Numbered from the stretch's first letter, positions 27,082-36,354 are shown. The stretch: DNA of 64,000 bases from an uncultured Bordetella sp. (GCA_964433345.1 CAYSQJ010000005.1:40440-104439); one strand, 5' to 3'. The notes: generated from the letters alone by a model not told the origin. Program-made: numbers and translations.

Positions 27082-28617
27082 TCATGCCGCCGATGAATTC
27101 TTCTCGGCACGCTGTGCCGCGATTTCGCGCAGGCGCAAGCGATCAACCTTGTTGGTGCCTGCCAGCGGCAGCTGGTCGAGGAAAAACACGCGCCGCGGGT
27201 GCTGGTAGGCGGGGCCGTGGGCGAGTGCATGCTGCTTGAGCTCTTCCTCGCCGGCGTTCTTCCCGGCGCGCAGCACGACGAAGGCGTAGGGAACCTGACC
27301 CTTCAGCTCATGCGCGAAAGGCAGCACGCAGGCCTGGTGCACGGTCGGGTGCTTCTCCAGCAGGCGCTCGACCTCGATCGGGAAAATGTTTTCGCCGCCG
27401 CAGACGAACATGTCATCGGTGCGGCCGACGAAGAAATAGAAGCCGTCGGCATCGCGGCGGCAGACGTCGCCGCTGTGATACCAGCCGCCGGCCAGCCGCT
27501 TCTCGGTTGCTTCCGGCAGGTTGTGGTAGCCGATCAGGATGCCGGGGTTGCGCAGCAGCAGTTCGCCTTCGTCGGGATGCGGGCCGTTGACCAGCTTCGC
27601 CTCGGTGCCGGGATAGGGCACGCCGATCGAACCCGGCGGTCGCGGCTTGCCTTCCGGGTGCGGTCCCAGCGGCACCGGGCCGCCCTCGGTGACACCGTAG
27701 ACCACCAGTGGTTCGGCGTTGGGGAAATGCCTGCGGATGTCGGCGAGCAGCTGCGGCGAGGAGGGCGCAGAGCCCATCATCACGGTGCGCACCGAGGTCG
27801 TATCGGTTTTTGCCAGCAGGTCGCTGCGGGCGAGCAGCATCGAGATCATCGTCGGCACGCCGGAGATCACCGTGCAGCGGTAGCGCGAAAGCGCGGCGAG
27901 GTAGCCCTCGACGCTGAACTGCGGCATCAGCACCATCTTCGCGCCGGCAGTGAGGCCCTGCTTGATCGCGTTGAGCGCGTTCTTGTGATACAGCGGTGCC
28001 GCAACCAGGATGACATCCTTTTTCGATGTGCCGCGGGTATGCGCAAGGATGCGCCGGCTCCAGTTCTGGCCGTAGTGGGTCAGCAGCACACCCTTGGGCT
28101 TTCCGGTGGAACCCGAGGTGTAGGGCTGGATCGCGACAGTGTCCGGGGCCGGCTCGAAAGGCGAGTAAGCGCCGGGATCGAGGAATCGCGACCAGGCATC
28201 GCCGTCGTCATAGACCACCGTGCGGGCATCGGCAGGCAGCAGGTGGCGCCAGGCCGTCTCGCAGAACACCAGTTTTGCGCCGGCATCGTCGACGATGTAA
28301 CGCACGGTGTCGGCGGCGAGCTTGATGTTGATGGGAACCGGCACCATGCCGGCGCGCATCGTGCCCAGCAGTGTGATCACGAATTCGGCGCGGTTCAGGG
28401 CAAGTATGCCGACGCGGTCGCCGGGCTTGAGCCCGCTGCGCTCGAGACCGCGCGCGAGCGCATTGCAGGCGGCATCAAGCTCGCTGAAGCCGTATTCGCG
28501 CGGCGCTGACGCATCTCGCAGGTCGACCAGTGCCGTGCGCGCGAGGCTGGAATGATCGGCGAAAGGCGCGCCGAGGTTGCCGGCGTAGCCGCGGGGTTCG
28601 GGGCAGGGGATGGTCAT
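27082..28617 (-). CDS. AMP-dependent acyl-CoA synthetase/ligase
   Basis: ORF 27082..28638 (TTG). ATG at 28617 preferred. AMP-binding signature YTSGSTGKPKGV and C-terminal GWYHSGD and PLAGTNKVDR blocks. Confidence 0.8.
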   Translation of the reverse strand: MTIPCPEPRGYAGNLGAPFADHSSLARTALVDLRDASAPREYGFSELDAACNALARGLERSGLKPGDRVGILALNRAEFVITLLGTMRAGMVPVPINIKLAADTVRYIVDDAGAKLVFCETAWRHLLPADARTVVYDDGDAWSRFLDPGAYSPFEPAPDTVAIQPYTSGSTGKPKGVLLTHYGQNWSRRILAHTRGTSKKDVILVAAPLYHKNALNAIKQGLTAGAKMVLMPQFSVEGYLAALSRYRCTVISGVPTMISMLLARSDLLAKTDTTSVRTVMMGSAPSSPQLLADIRRHFPNAEPLVVYGVTEGGPVPLGPHPEGKPRPPGSIGVPYPGTEAKLVNGPHPDEGELLLRNPGILIGYHNLPEATEKRLAGGWYHSGDVCRRDADGFYFFVGRTDDMFVCGGENIFPIEVERLLEKHPTVHQACVLPFAHELKGQVPYAFVVLRAGKNAGEEELKQHALAHGPAYQHPRRVFFLDQLPLAGTNKVDRLRLREIAAQRAEKNSSAA

Positions 28618-28644
28618 GCGGTTTGAAAAAAAGCCCAAATCAAA

Positions 28645-28769
28645 GTCAAAAACTTAGCCACAGAGGACGCAGAGTTCACAGAGAAAACCCGAAGACACCC
28701 GAAAGTGGCGGAGGATTATCCGTTACGAGCTTTTACTCCGTGTCCTCTGTGCTCTCTGTGGCCAAAAGG
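28645..28769. repeat. Word-periodic palindrome built from CACAGAG words
   Basis: GTCAAAAACTTAGCCACAGAG-GACGCAGAG-TTCACAGAG ... CTCCGTGTC-CTCTGTGCT-CTCTGTGGC. Homologous to 60205-60312 in the opposite orientation. Confidence 0.8.
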
Positions 28770-28779
28770 TTTTAGCGGG

Positions 28780-29784
28780 TCAAGGCGTAATCACGACCTT
28801 GCCGAACACCTCGCGGTCCTCGATCAGCTTGAGGCCCTTGGCGGCATCCTGCAGTGGCATCACCTCGTCGACCACCGGCTTCATCTTGCCCTGCTGGATC
28901 AGGTCCATCAGCGCCTTCAGGTTTTCGTCGTAGAAGCTGTTGGAGCCGATGATCTGCAGTTCGAAGCTCCAGACGTAGCGCAGGTCTTCCTTGGGGTCGT
29001 AGCCGGCAGTGGCGCCGCAGACCAGGATCTTGCCGCCGCGCTTGACGCATTTCAGCGTCGGCGCCCAGGTGTCGCCGCCGGTGAAGTTGATGACAACGTC
29101 GACGCCGCCCTCGTAGTTGCGGCGCTGCGGCTTGCCGAATTTTTCGATGGCCCACTTCGAGAAATCGGTGGTCTTGTAGTTGATGACATGGTCGGCGCCG
29201 AGATCCTTCAGGCGCTGGATCTTGTCCTCGCTCGAGGCGCAGGCGATGACTTCGGCGCCGAGCATCTTGGCGAGCAGTACGCAGCCGGTGCCGACACCGC
29301 CGCTGGCGCCCAGCACCAGCACCTTGTCGCCCTTCTTGATCGTGTTGTGGGTGATGATCATGCGGTGCGCGGTGCCGTAGGCGACCGGCAGCGAAGCGGC
29401 CTGTTCGAAGCTGACGTTTTCGGGCATCTTGATCAGCTGGTCGGCGGAGACCAGGCATTTCTCGGCCAGTCCGCCATGCATCATCTCGCCCATCAGGCCC
29501 TTTTTCTTGTTCAGCGGGTTGACCAGCACGCGGTCACCCGGTTTCCAGCCGGAAACGCCGGCGCCCACTTCGAGAATCTCGCCGGCGAGGTCGAGGCCGA
29601 TGATCATCGGGAACGGCACCTTGATGCCGGGCATGCCGCGCACCGTGAATACGTCGTGGTAGTTGAACGAGGTCGCCCTGACCCGGATCACCACATGGCC
29701 TTCGCAGACCACCGGATCGGGAAAGTCGGTTACGTATTCCAGTTTGTCCAGACCGCCATGTTCCCGAAGTACGACTGCTTTCAT
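28780..29784 (-). CDS. MDR-superfamily (zinc-type ADH / quinone oxidoreductase-like) reductase
   Basis: ORF 28780..29982. ATG at 29784 gives MKAVVLREHGGLDKLEY. Cofactor motif VLVLGASGGVGTGCVLLAK. Confidence 0.8.
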   Translation of the reverse strand: MKAVVLREHGGLDKLEYVTDFPDPVVCEGHVVIRVRATSFNYHDVFTVRGMPGIKVPFPMIIGLDLAGEILEVGAGVSGWKPGDRVLVNPLNKKKGLMGEMMHGGLAEKCLVSADQLIKMPENVSFEQAASLPVAYGTAHRMIITHNTIKKGDKVLVLGASGGVGTGCVLLAKMLGAEVIACASSEDKIQRLKDLGADHVINYKTTDFSKWAIEKFGKPQRRNYEGGVDVVINFTGGDTWAPTLKCVKRGGKILVCGATAGYDPKEDLRYVWSFELQIIGSNSFYDENLKALMDLIQQGKMKPVVDEVMPLQDAAKGLKLIEDREVFGKVVITP

Positions 29785-29869
29785 TGCATTTCTCCGTTGG
29801 GTGATGATTGATGATGCGACAGCTGCGTCGCCGCCGTGATTATGAACCCTGCGCCCGATCCCTGTCCTG

Positions 29870-30364
29870 TCAGCCCAGCACGCGGTTGACACCGGTGGCG
29901 ACTCGCGCGGCGGCAATGCCGTAGACATGGATCGACACCGCGACGTCGCCGTCGGGGTTGGCGATCCGGTGTACGCCGGCATCGCCTTCGTCGAAGCTCA
30001 GTGTGCCCGCCTTCCGGCGCACCGTCCGCAGCGGTGCCGGCTTGCCGTTATCCGCGCTGTAGAAAGTCTCGCAGATTTCGCCGCGGTACACCGCCACGCT
30101 GCACCAGGTGTGGTGGCTGTGTATGGGGCTCTGCTGGCCATTGCCCCAGACCAGGGACACGACGGTGTAACGGTCGAGAGGGTCCGCATAGAGCAGGTGG
30201 CGCGCGTATTGCTCGGGATCGACACGCAACTGGTCCGGCCCCAGCCAGCTGCCGGAGGCCACGGCCTGGCCGAGTGCCGCAGTGACCGCGGCGGGGAAGA
30301 TTTCGCGGGGTGCGGCGAGCGCTGCGTCAAGTCCGCGAACAAGTGTCTGCAGTGTGTCTGTCAT
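29870..30364 (-). CDS. cysteine dioxygenase type I-like cupin (thiol dioxygenase family)
   Basis: 164 aa. SPIHSHHTW (HxH), GVHRIANP (third His) and SIHVYG blocks parallel the 60324..60938 paralogue. Starts 4 nt after the GntR gene stop. Confidence 0.65.
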   Translation of the reverse strand: MTDTLQTLVRGLDAALAAPREIFPAAVTAALGQAVASGSWLGPDQLRVDPEQYARHLLYADPLDRYTVVSLVWGNGQQSPIHSHHTWCSVAVYRGEICETFYSADNGKPAPLRTVRRKAGTLSFDEGDAGVHRIANPDGDVAVSIHVYGIAAARVATGVNRVLG

Positions 30365-30368
30365 GGCT

Positions 30369-31064
30369 TTAATGGTTCTCCGCGACGATAGCGAGGTTCA
30401 TCACTGAGTCGCTGTTGAGGATCGCCTTCAGCACCATGTCGCGTGCGGCCTCGATCTGCTCCTGGCAGATTTTTTCCGCGGTCGCGCCGTCACCGCGCAC
30501 CAGCGCGCGCACCAGCGTGCGGTGCTCGTGCTGCATTTCCTGGGTGCGGTTGCGAAAGCCGAGGCCGAGGTGCAGAAGGCGGGTCATTTCGTCCAGCAAC
30601 TGGGCGATCGCATGGGCGAGCCGGGCGTTGCCCGAGGCCTGGGCAATCGCGACGTGGAATTCCTTGTTGGCTTCGAGGAAGCGCGCGGTGCTCTTCGGCT
30701 CGCCCGACTGGTAGCCGGCGCGGCAGATCTCGTCGAGCACGCGCAGCCGCTTGGCGTCGACCCGGCCTGCGGCGAGACGCGCGGCGCGCGGTTCGAGCAG
30801 CAGGCGCAGCTCAAAAACATCCTGGATGTCCTTGAGCGTGACCGGGGCCACCATGTAACCGCGACGCGGCATCGCGCGAACCAGCCCGTCGTGGGCGAGG
30901 CGGGACAGTGCCATGCGCACCGGCGCCTTGCCGAGCTTGTACTGTTCACAGAGCTGCGCTTCGGACACCTCGGCGCCCGGCGCGATCAGGCAGCAGATGA
31001 TGTCGTGCTTGACGCGTTCGTAGGCGCGCTCGCTGAGCAGGGGGATGGTTTTTGCGGCAGTCAT
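30369..31064 (-). CDS. GntR-family transcriptional regulator (FadR/FCD subtype)
   Basis: 231 aa. N-terminal wHTH (SEAQLCEQYKLGKAPVRMALSRLAHDGLV) and a C-terminal all-helical FCD-like domain. Confidence 0.85.
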   Translation of the reverse strand: MTAAKTIPLLSERAYERVKHDIICCLIAPGAEVSEAQLCEQYKLGKAPVRMALSRLAHDGLVRAMPRRGYMVAPVTLKDIQDVFELRLLLEPRAARLAAGRVDAKRLRVLDEICRAGYQSGEPKSTARFLEANKEFHVAIAQASGNARLAHAIAQLLDEMTRLLHLGLGFRNRTQEMQHEHRTLVRALVRGDGATAEKICQEQIEAARDMVLKAILNSDSVMNLAIVAENH

Positions 31065-31091
31065 TCCAATGAAATCTTAGAAATGAAAGTC

Positions 31092-31101
31092 TGACATGTC
31101 A
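31092..31101. promoter_or_regulatory. Candidate GntR operator: perfect palindrome TGACATGTCA nested in AGAAATGA-N20-TCATTTCT
   Basis: Located in the divergent intergenic region between the GntR gene (start 31064) and the first MFS gene. The outer 8-bp inverted repeat is at 31079-31086 / 31107-31114. Confidence 0.35.
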
Positions 31102-31257
31102 ATAAATCATTTCTGAAATTTTGAAATGCCCTGCCATGGTGCGCAGACCGCATCGTGAGCGTGCAGCTTGCACCATCGCGGCGCAGTCCACACAATGCAG
31201 CGTGTCTTTCCGGCAACTTTTTTACAGCAGGGTATTTCCGTGACCGGCAGCGTGCTG

Positions 31258-32448
31258 ATGCCCGGCCCGTGGACGGTCGTTGCCGTCGCCACTTTTGCGC
31301 AGATGATGATCGCGATGTCGAACATCCTGCTGCCGACAATCGCACCCAAACTGGCGGAGGCACTGGGCGTCAGCCCGATCCTGATCGGCTACCAGGTCAG
31401 CCTGACCTTCGGCGTGGCGACGGCGGCGACGATGTTCGGCGGCAAGGCGGTGCTGCGTTACGGTGCGGCACGTGCCACGCAGATCTCGGTGCTGTGCTGC
31501 GGTGTGGGACTTGCGCTGTTCGCGCTGCCGCATGTCGCGGCGATCGCGCTCGGCTCGGCCGCGGTGGGCATGGGCATGGGGTTGCTCAATCCTGCGGCAG
31601 CCCACATGCTGGTCAGCTATACGCCGCCGCAGCGGCGCAACATCATGTTTTCGATCAAGCAGACCGGCGTGCCGGTCGGCGGCGTGATCACTGCGCTGAC
31701 CGCGCCGGCGATCGCGGTGAATTTCGGCTACCGCTGGTCGCTGCTGATGGTGGGGCTGATGATTTTCGCCATTGTGCTGGTGCTTCAGCGTTATCGTGAA
31801 GTATGGGACGCCGACCGCGGCAGGGTGCAGCAGGGAGGCGGTGCGGCTTTCGGCGGTGTACCCCTGGTCTGGGGACAGGCCGACCTGCGCTGGATGTCGC
31901 TGGTGGCGATGATCTTTTCGGCGATCCAGCGCATCGTGCTGAGCTTCACCGTGATCTACCTGGTGGCCGAAGGGCGTTACGGACTGGTCGAGGCCGGCGT
32001 CATGCTGTCGGTGGTGCAGATCGGCGGCTCGGCCTCGCGCATCTGCTGGGGCTGGCTCGCCGACCGGATGGGCAGCAGCCTGCAGGTGCTGATGATCATC
32101 TGCGGCCTGACCATCACGTCGACACTGCTGCTGGCGCTGTTCGATCCGGAATGGAATCGGCTCCTGGTCTATGTCCTGTTTTTCGTGATCGGCACGACCG
32201 CGGTGGGCTGGAACGGCGTGTTCCATGCGGAGGCCGCGCGGCTGAGTCCGCCGGGCATGGCCAGCGTGGTGGCGGCAGGCACCACCTTCTTCGTGTTCGG
32301 GGGGGTTCTGGTGGGGCCTGCGGCATTCGCAGCGGCCCATGGCGGCATCGGCAGCTATGGCAATACCTTCCTGCTGGTGACCGCCGCGGCCGTGGCCGCT
32401 TTCGGCCTGCTGTTGATGGCGCAGCGGGCCGCGCGGAAAAATCGATGA
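31258..32448 (+). CDS. MFS transporter, tandem paralogue 1
   Basis: ORF 31168..32448. ATG at 31258 aligns with the paralogue N-termini. Conserved PPQRRNIMFSIKQTGVPVGG. Confidence 0.75.
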   Translation: MPGPWTVVAVATFAQMMIAMSNILLPTIAPKLAEALGVSPILIGYQVSLTFGVATAATMFGGKAVLRYGAARATQISVLCCGVGLALFALPHVAAIALGSAAVGMGMGLLNPAAAHMLVSYTPPQRRNIMFSIKQTGVPVGGVITALTAPAIAVNFGYRWSLLMVGLMIFAIVLVLQRYREVWDADRGRVQQGGGAAFGGVPLVWGQADLRWMSLVAMIFSAIQRIVLSFTVIYLVAEGRYGLVEAGVMLSVVQIGGSASRICWGWLADRMGSSLQVLMIICGLTITSTLLLALFDPEWNRLLVYVLFFVIGTTAVGWNGVFHAEAARLSPPGMASVVAAGTTFFVFGGVLVGPAAFAAAHGGIGSYGNTFLLVTAAAVAAFGLLLMAQRAARKNR

Positions 32449-33644
32449 GCGCTGCCGCACCTTCCATCGTGGTGGTGGTGCTGGCGACCACCGCCGCGCA
32501 GATCGCCTCGGCGATGGGCATCGCGATATTTCCGGTGCTGGCACCCCAGCTCGCGCAGATGCTCGAAGTCGACGCCTCGGCGGTGGGATACCTGATCAGC
32601 ATTCTCTTCGGCGCAGCGATGCTCGCCTCGGGCGCGGTCGGCACCGTGGTGCTGCGCTGGGGCGCCTGCCGCGCGATGCAGTGGTCGCTGTGGGTCTGCG
32701 CTGCCGGCATGGCGGCGGGACTGGCGGGCAAGCTGTGGCTGATGCCGGTGGCGGCGATATGCAGCGGCATCAGCACCGCATTGGCGGCGGCCGGCGCCGC
32801 GCACCTGCTTTACCGTTTCGGGCCGCCGCAGCGGCGCAACCTGGTTTTTTCGATCAAGCAGACCGGCGTGCCGCTGGGCTGGGCAACCATCGCGCTGCTC
32901 GCGCCGGTACTGACCGTGGCCTTCAGCTGGCGGGTTTCGATGTTCGTGGTGCTCGCGTATTCGGTGGCGGGGGCGCTGCTGCTGGAGCGCTGGAGGATGC
33001 ATTGGGACGATGACCGGGATCCCGGCGCCGCTTCGCGCACCAACCTGCTCACCGGCATCGGCGTGCTGTGGCGTTATCCGACGCTGCGCTACCTGGCGAT
33101 GGCGGGCTTTTTCTTTTCCTTTGTCCAGCTTTGCCTGGGCACGTTCACGGTGAACCTGCTGGTGCAGGAGGCCGGCTACGGCCTGGTGGCCGCCGGCGCG
33201 ATGCTGTCGCTGGTGCAGGTTTCGGGCATGGCGGGGCGGCTTGCTTTCGGCTGGATCGCCGATCGCAGCGGGATGGCGCTCGCGGTGCTGGCGCTGACCA
33301 GCCTCGCGGCCGCAGTGGGCTGCGTCGCCAGCCTGTGGATCGCCAGCCGCCCGCCGGTGGCGGCGCTGGCGGTGTTCTATGCCTTGTTCGGTGTCGCGGC
33401 TTACGGCTGGAACGGCGTGATGCACGCGCAGATCGCGAGGTTGAGCCCGCCGGGGATGGTCAGCGTGGCGACCGGCGGCATCATGGTGTGGATTTTCGGC
33501 GGCATCCTCGCCGGCCCCGCGCTGTTCGCGGCGGCGTATCGCGGCATCGGCAGTTATGCCGACACTTTCGGGCTGCTCGCGGTGGCCGCGCTGGCCAGTG
33601 CAGCGCTGGCGGCAGCGGCGGCGCGCGCGGAGCGCAGCCCGTGA
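32445..33644 (+). CDS. MFS transporter, tandem paralogue 2
   Basis: Lies in ORF 31803..33644. ATG at 32445 overlaps the upstream TGA (ATGA). Conserved PPQRRNLVFSIKQTGVPLGW. Confidence 0.75.
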   Translation: MSAAAPSIVVVVLATTAAQIASAMGIAIFPVLAPQLAQMLEVDASAVGYLISILFGAAMLASGAVGTVVLRWGACRAMQWSLWVCAAGMAAGLAGKLWLMPVAAICSGISTALAAAGAAHLLYRFGPPQRRNLVFSIKQTGVPLGWATIALLAPVLTVAFSWRVSMFVVLAYSVAGALLLERWRMHWDDDRDPGAASRTNLLTGIGVLWRYPTLRYLAMAGFFFSFVQLCLGTFTVNLLVQEAGYGLVAAGAMLSLVQVSGMAGRLAFGWIADRSGMALAVLALTSLAAAVGCVASLWIASRPPVAALAVFYALFGVAAYGWNGVMHAQIARLSPPGMVSVATGGIMVWIFGGILAGPALFAAAYRGIGSYADTFGLLAVAALASAALAAAAARAERSP

Positions 33645-34867
33645 CCCCGGCATCCACGCCTCCCTTCGCTACGGTGGCCGCGGTGGTGGCGGCCACCACC
33701 GCGGCACAGGTTGCCGGCGCGATGGGCGCTGCGGTGTTCCCGGTGATCGCGCCGGAGCTGGCGCGTGCGCTGGATGTCGAGGCCTCGCTGATCGGCTACC
33801 AGATGAGCGTGATCTACGGCGCGGCGATGCTGGGATCGATGCTGTTCACCTGGATGGTGGCGCGTTACGGCGGCTGCCGCACCACCCAGATCGGCATGGC
33901 CTGCTGCGTCACCGGCATGGCGGTGGCCCTTCACGGCAGCATCACCGCACTGTTGTTCGCCTCGGTGCTGATCGGCGTTGCGATGAGCATCAACCTCCCG
34001 GCAGCCGCGCACCTGCTGTTCCGCTACAGCCCGCCGCAGCACCGCAATTTCATTTTTTCGCTGAAGCAAACCGGCGTGCCGCTGGCCTGGGCGCTGATGG
34101 CCTTGATCGCGCCGGCGGTGACGCTCGCCTTCGGCTGGCGCTGGGCGCTGGCACTGGTGCTGGTCTCGGCGCTGGCAACGCTGCTGGCGATGCAGCCGGC
34201 GCGCCGCCGCTGGGATGATGATCGCCGTCCCGATCTGCCGGTGCAGGCGCGGGTGTTTGACGGCGTGTTGCTGGTCTGGCGCATGCCGGCGCTGCGCTTG
34301 CTGGGTGTGGCTGCATTCTGCCTCGCCTTCATCCAGCTTTGCGTGAGCACCTTCACGGTGGTGATGCTGGTCGGCGAGGGTGGCTACACGCTGGTTGAGG
34401 CCGGACTGATGCTGTCGGTGGCGCAGATCTTCGGCGTGCTCGGGCGCATCGCCTGGGGCTGGCTCGCCGATCGCAGCGGCGACTGCCTGGAGGCCCTGCA
34501 ATACCTCACCCTGGGCTCGATCGCCTGCTGCGGCGCGGTGTTTTTCCTGCAGCCCGGTTGGCCGGTGGCGGTGACCGGGTTGCTGTTTGCAGTGCTCGGC
34601 GCGACCGCAATCGGCTGGAACGGACTCTATACCGCCGAGGTTGCACGGCGCAGTCCGCCGGGACAGGTAAGCCTCGCCACCGGTGGCGCGATGGTGTGGA
34701 ACTTCGCCGGCATTCTGACCGGGCCGACCGCTTTCACGCTGGTCTACAAGCTGACCGGCAGCTATGCGACGACCTTCGGCATGGTCACCGTGATTGCGCT
34801 GCTGACGCTGGTGGCGCTGCATGCCGGGCGGCGCGTGCTGCGCGGGGAGGGCCATGCTGGTGGATGA
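33641..34867 (+). CDS. MFS transporter, tandem paralogue 3
   Basis: Lies in ORF 33068..34867. GTG at 33641 overlaps the upstream TGA (GTGA). Conserved PPQHRNFIFSLKQTGVPLAW. Confidence 0.7.
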   Translation: MTPASTPPFATVAAVVAATTAAQVAGAMGAAVFPVIAPELARALDVEASLIGYQMSVIYGAAMLGSMLFTWMVARYGGCRTTQIGMACCVTGMAVALHGSITALLFASVLIGVAMSINLPAAAHLLFRYSPPQHRNFIFSLKQTGVPLAWALMALIAPAVTLAFGWRWALALVLVSALATLLAMQPARRRWDDDRRPDLPVQARVFDGVLLVWRMPALRLLGVAAFCLAFIQLCVSTFTVVMLVGEGGYTLVEAGLMLSVAQIFGVLGRIAWGWLADRSGDCLEALQYLTLGSIACCGAVFFLQPGWPVAVTGLLFAVLGATAIGWNGLYTAEVARRSPPGQVSLATGGAMVWNFAGILTGPTAFTLVYKLTGSYATTFGMVTVIALLTLVALHAGRRVLRGEGHAGG

Positions 34868-35606
34868 CCTGTCGCTGTGGCAGATGCTGTTCTGCGCGGG
34901 GGTTGTAACGGTCGCCTTCGCGGTGCGCGGCGGTACCGGTTTCGGCGGCGGCGCGGTGGCGGTGCCGCTGCTGGCGCTGGTGTTCCCGGTGCAGGTGACG
35001 GTGCCGGTGGTGACCGTGCTCAACATGCTGTCCTCGGTGGGCCACGGCGTGGTCGACTGGCGCCATATCGTCTGGCGCGAGATCTGGCGCATCCTTCCCG
35101 GCAGCCTGCTCGGCGTGTTCTTCGGCATTTACCTGTTGACGCTGATCGATACGCAGCCGCTGGCGCGCGCGCTCGGCGTGTTTGTCGTGCTCTATGCGCT
35201 GTACGTGATGGTGTTTGCCGGCCGCACGCCGGCCATTCCGCCGCGCTGGATGCTGCCGGTGGCGGGCGTGACCAGCTTCTGCGCCGGCATCGTCGGTTCG
35301 CTGTTCGGCGGCGCGGCAGGACCGATCTACGTGATCTACCTCAACTCTGCGCGCCTTGCCAAGGACGCTTTCCGCGTGACCATCACCACGGTGATGCTGT
35401 TCCAGGGGCTGACGCGCATTGCCGGCTATGCCTCGCTGGGCCTCTATGACCGCCAGGTGATGCTGCTGCTGGCGGCGGCATTGCCGATGATGATCGCCGG
35501 CTCCTGGCTGGGCGCGCGGCTGGTGCGGCGCTTCGATCAACGGCTGTTTCAACGCGCCCTCGGTGCGGTGCTGCTGGTCAGCGGCACCGCGCTGGCGCTG
35601 AAGTAG
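34854..35606 (+). CDS. TauE/SafE (TSUP) family sulfite-exporter-like membrane protein
   Basis: ORF 34821..35606. ATG at 34854 overlaps the preceding MFS gene by 14 nt. Blocks GGTGFGGGAVAVPLL and GSLFGGAAGPIYV are typical of TSUP proteins. Confidence 0.8.
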   Translation: MLVDDLSLWQMLFCAGVVTVAFAVRGGTGFGGGAVAVPLLALVFPVQVTVPVVTVLNMLSSVGHGVVDWRHIVWREIWRILPGSLLGVFFGIYLLTLIDTQPLARALGVFVVLYALYVMVFAGRTPAIPPRWMLPVAGVTSFCAGIVGSLFGGAAGPIYVIYLNSARLAKDAFRVTITTVMLFQGLTRIAGYASLGLYDRQVMLLLAAALPMMIAGSWLGARLVRRFDQRLFQRALGAVLLVSGTALALK

Positions 35607-35610
35607 GGCT

Positions 35611-36354
35611 ATGCCGGGATTCGACGCCTTCCAGCTGGCTTGGATCGCCGGCTCGGTTTTTGTTGCCTTCGTGGTGCGCGGCATGTCCGGTTTCGGTGCC
35701 GGCATGATTGCCGTGCCGCTGCTCGCTTTCGTGATTCCGCTGCAGCTGGCGGTGCCGCTGTGCAGCCTGCTGGTGTTCGTGCTGTTCGTGATTCTGGTCA
35801 TCCGCGACCGCCGGGAAATCGTCTGGGACGAGTTGCGCCTGCTGCTGCCGCCGACCATCGTCGGCGCGCTGGCCGGGCTGTGGCTGTTTGCGGTGCTCGA
35901 CAACCGGATGCTGGTGCTGCTGCTGGGCTGCTTCCTGATCCTGTATTCGCTGTACATGCTGGCTGTCAGCACGCTGGGCCTGCCGCAGCTGCGCTGCTCG
36001 CAGCGCTGGGCCTTGCCGGTGGGTTTTACCGGCGCCTTTTTCGACACGCTGTTCGGCGGGGGCGGTGGAACCCTAGTGGTGATCTACATCAATGCCCGGG
36101 GTGTCAGTCGTGCGGGATTTCGTGCGACCGTCGCGGCGCTGTGGTTTGCGGAGATGGTGGCCCGTATCGGCGGATACGCCTGGTCGGGTTATTACGACAA
36201 GGGCACGCTGCTGCTGTTCCTGCTGCTGCTGCCCCTGATGTGGGTCGCCACTGTGACTGGCGAGCGCCTGGGCAACCGCGTCAGCAGCGAGACCTTTTCA
36301 CGGATCCTGGCACTGATGCTGCTCGCCAGCGGCGTGAGCCTGCTGCTGAAATGA
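35611..36354 (+). CDS. TauE/SafE (TSUP) family membrane protein, second tandem copy
   Basis: 247 aa with GMSGFGAGMIAVPLL and DTLFGGGGGTLVV blocks. Confidence 0.8.
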   Translation: MPGFDAFQLAWIAGSVFVAFVVRGMSGFGAGMIAVPLLAFVIPLQLAVPLCSLLVFVLFVILVIRDRREIVWDELRLLLPPTIVGALAGLWLFAVLDNRMLVLLLGCFLILYSLYMLAVSTLGLPQLRCSQRWALPVGFTGAFFDTLFGGGGGTLVVIYINARGVSRAGFRATVAALWFAEMVARIGGYAWSGYYDKGTLLLFLLLLPLMWVATVTGERLGNRVSSETFSRILALMLLASGVSLLLK

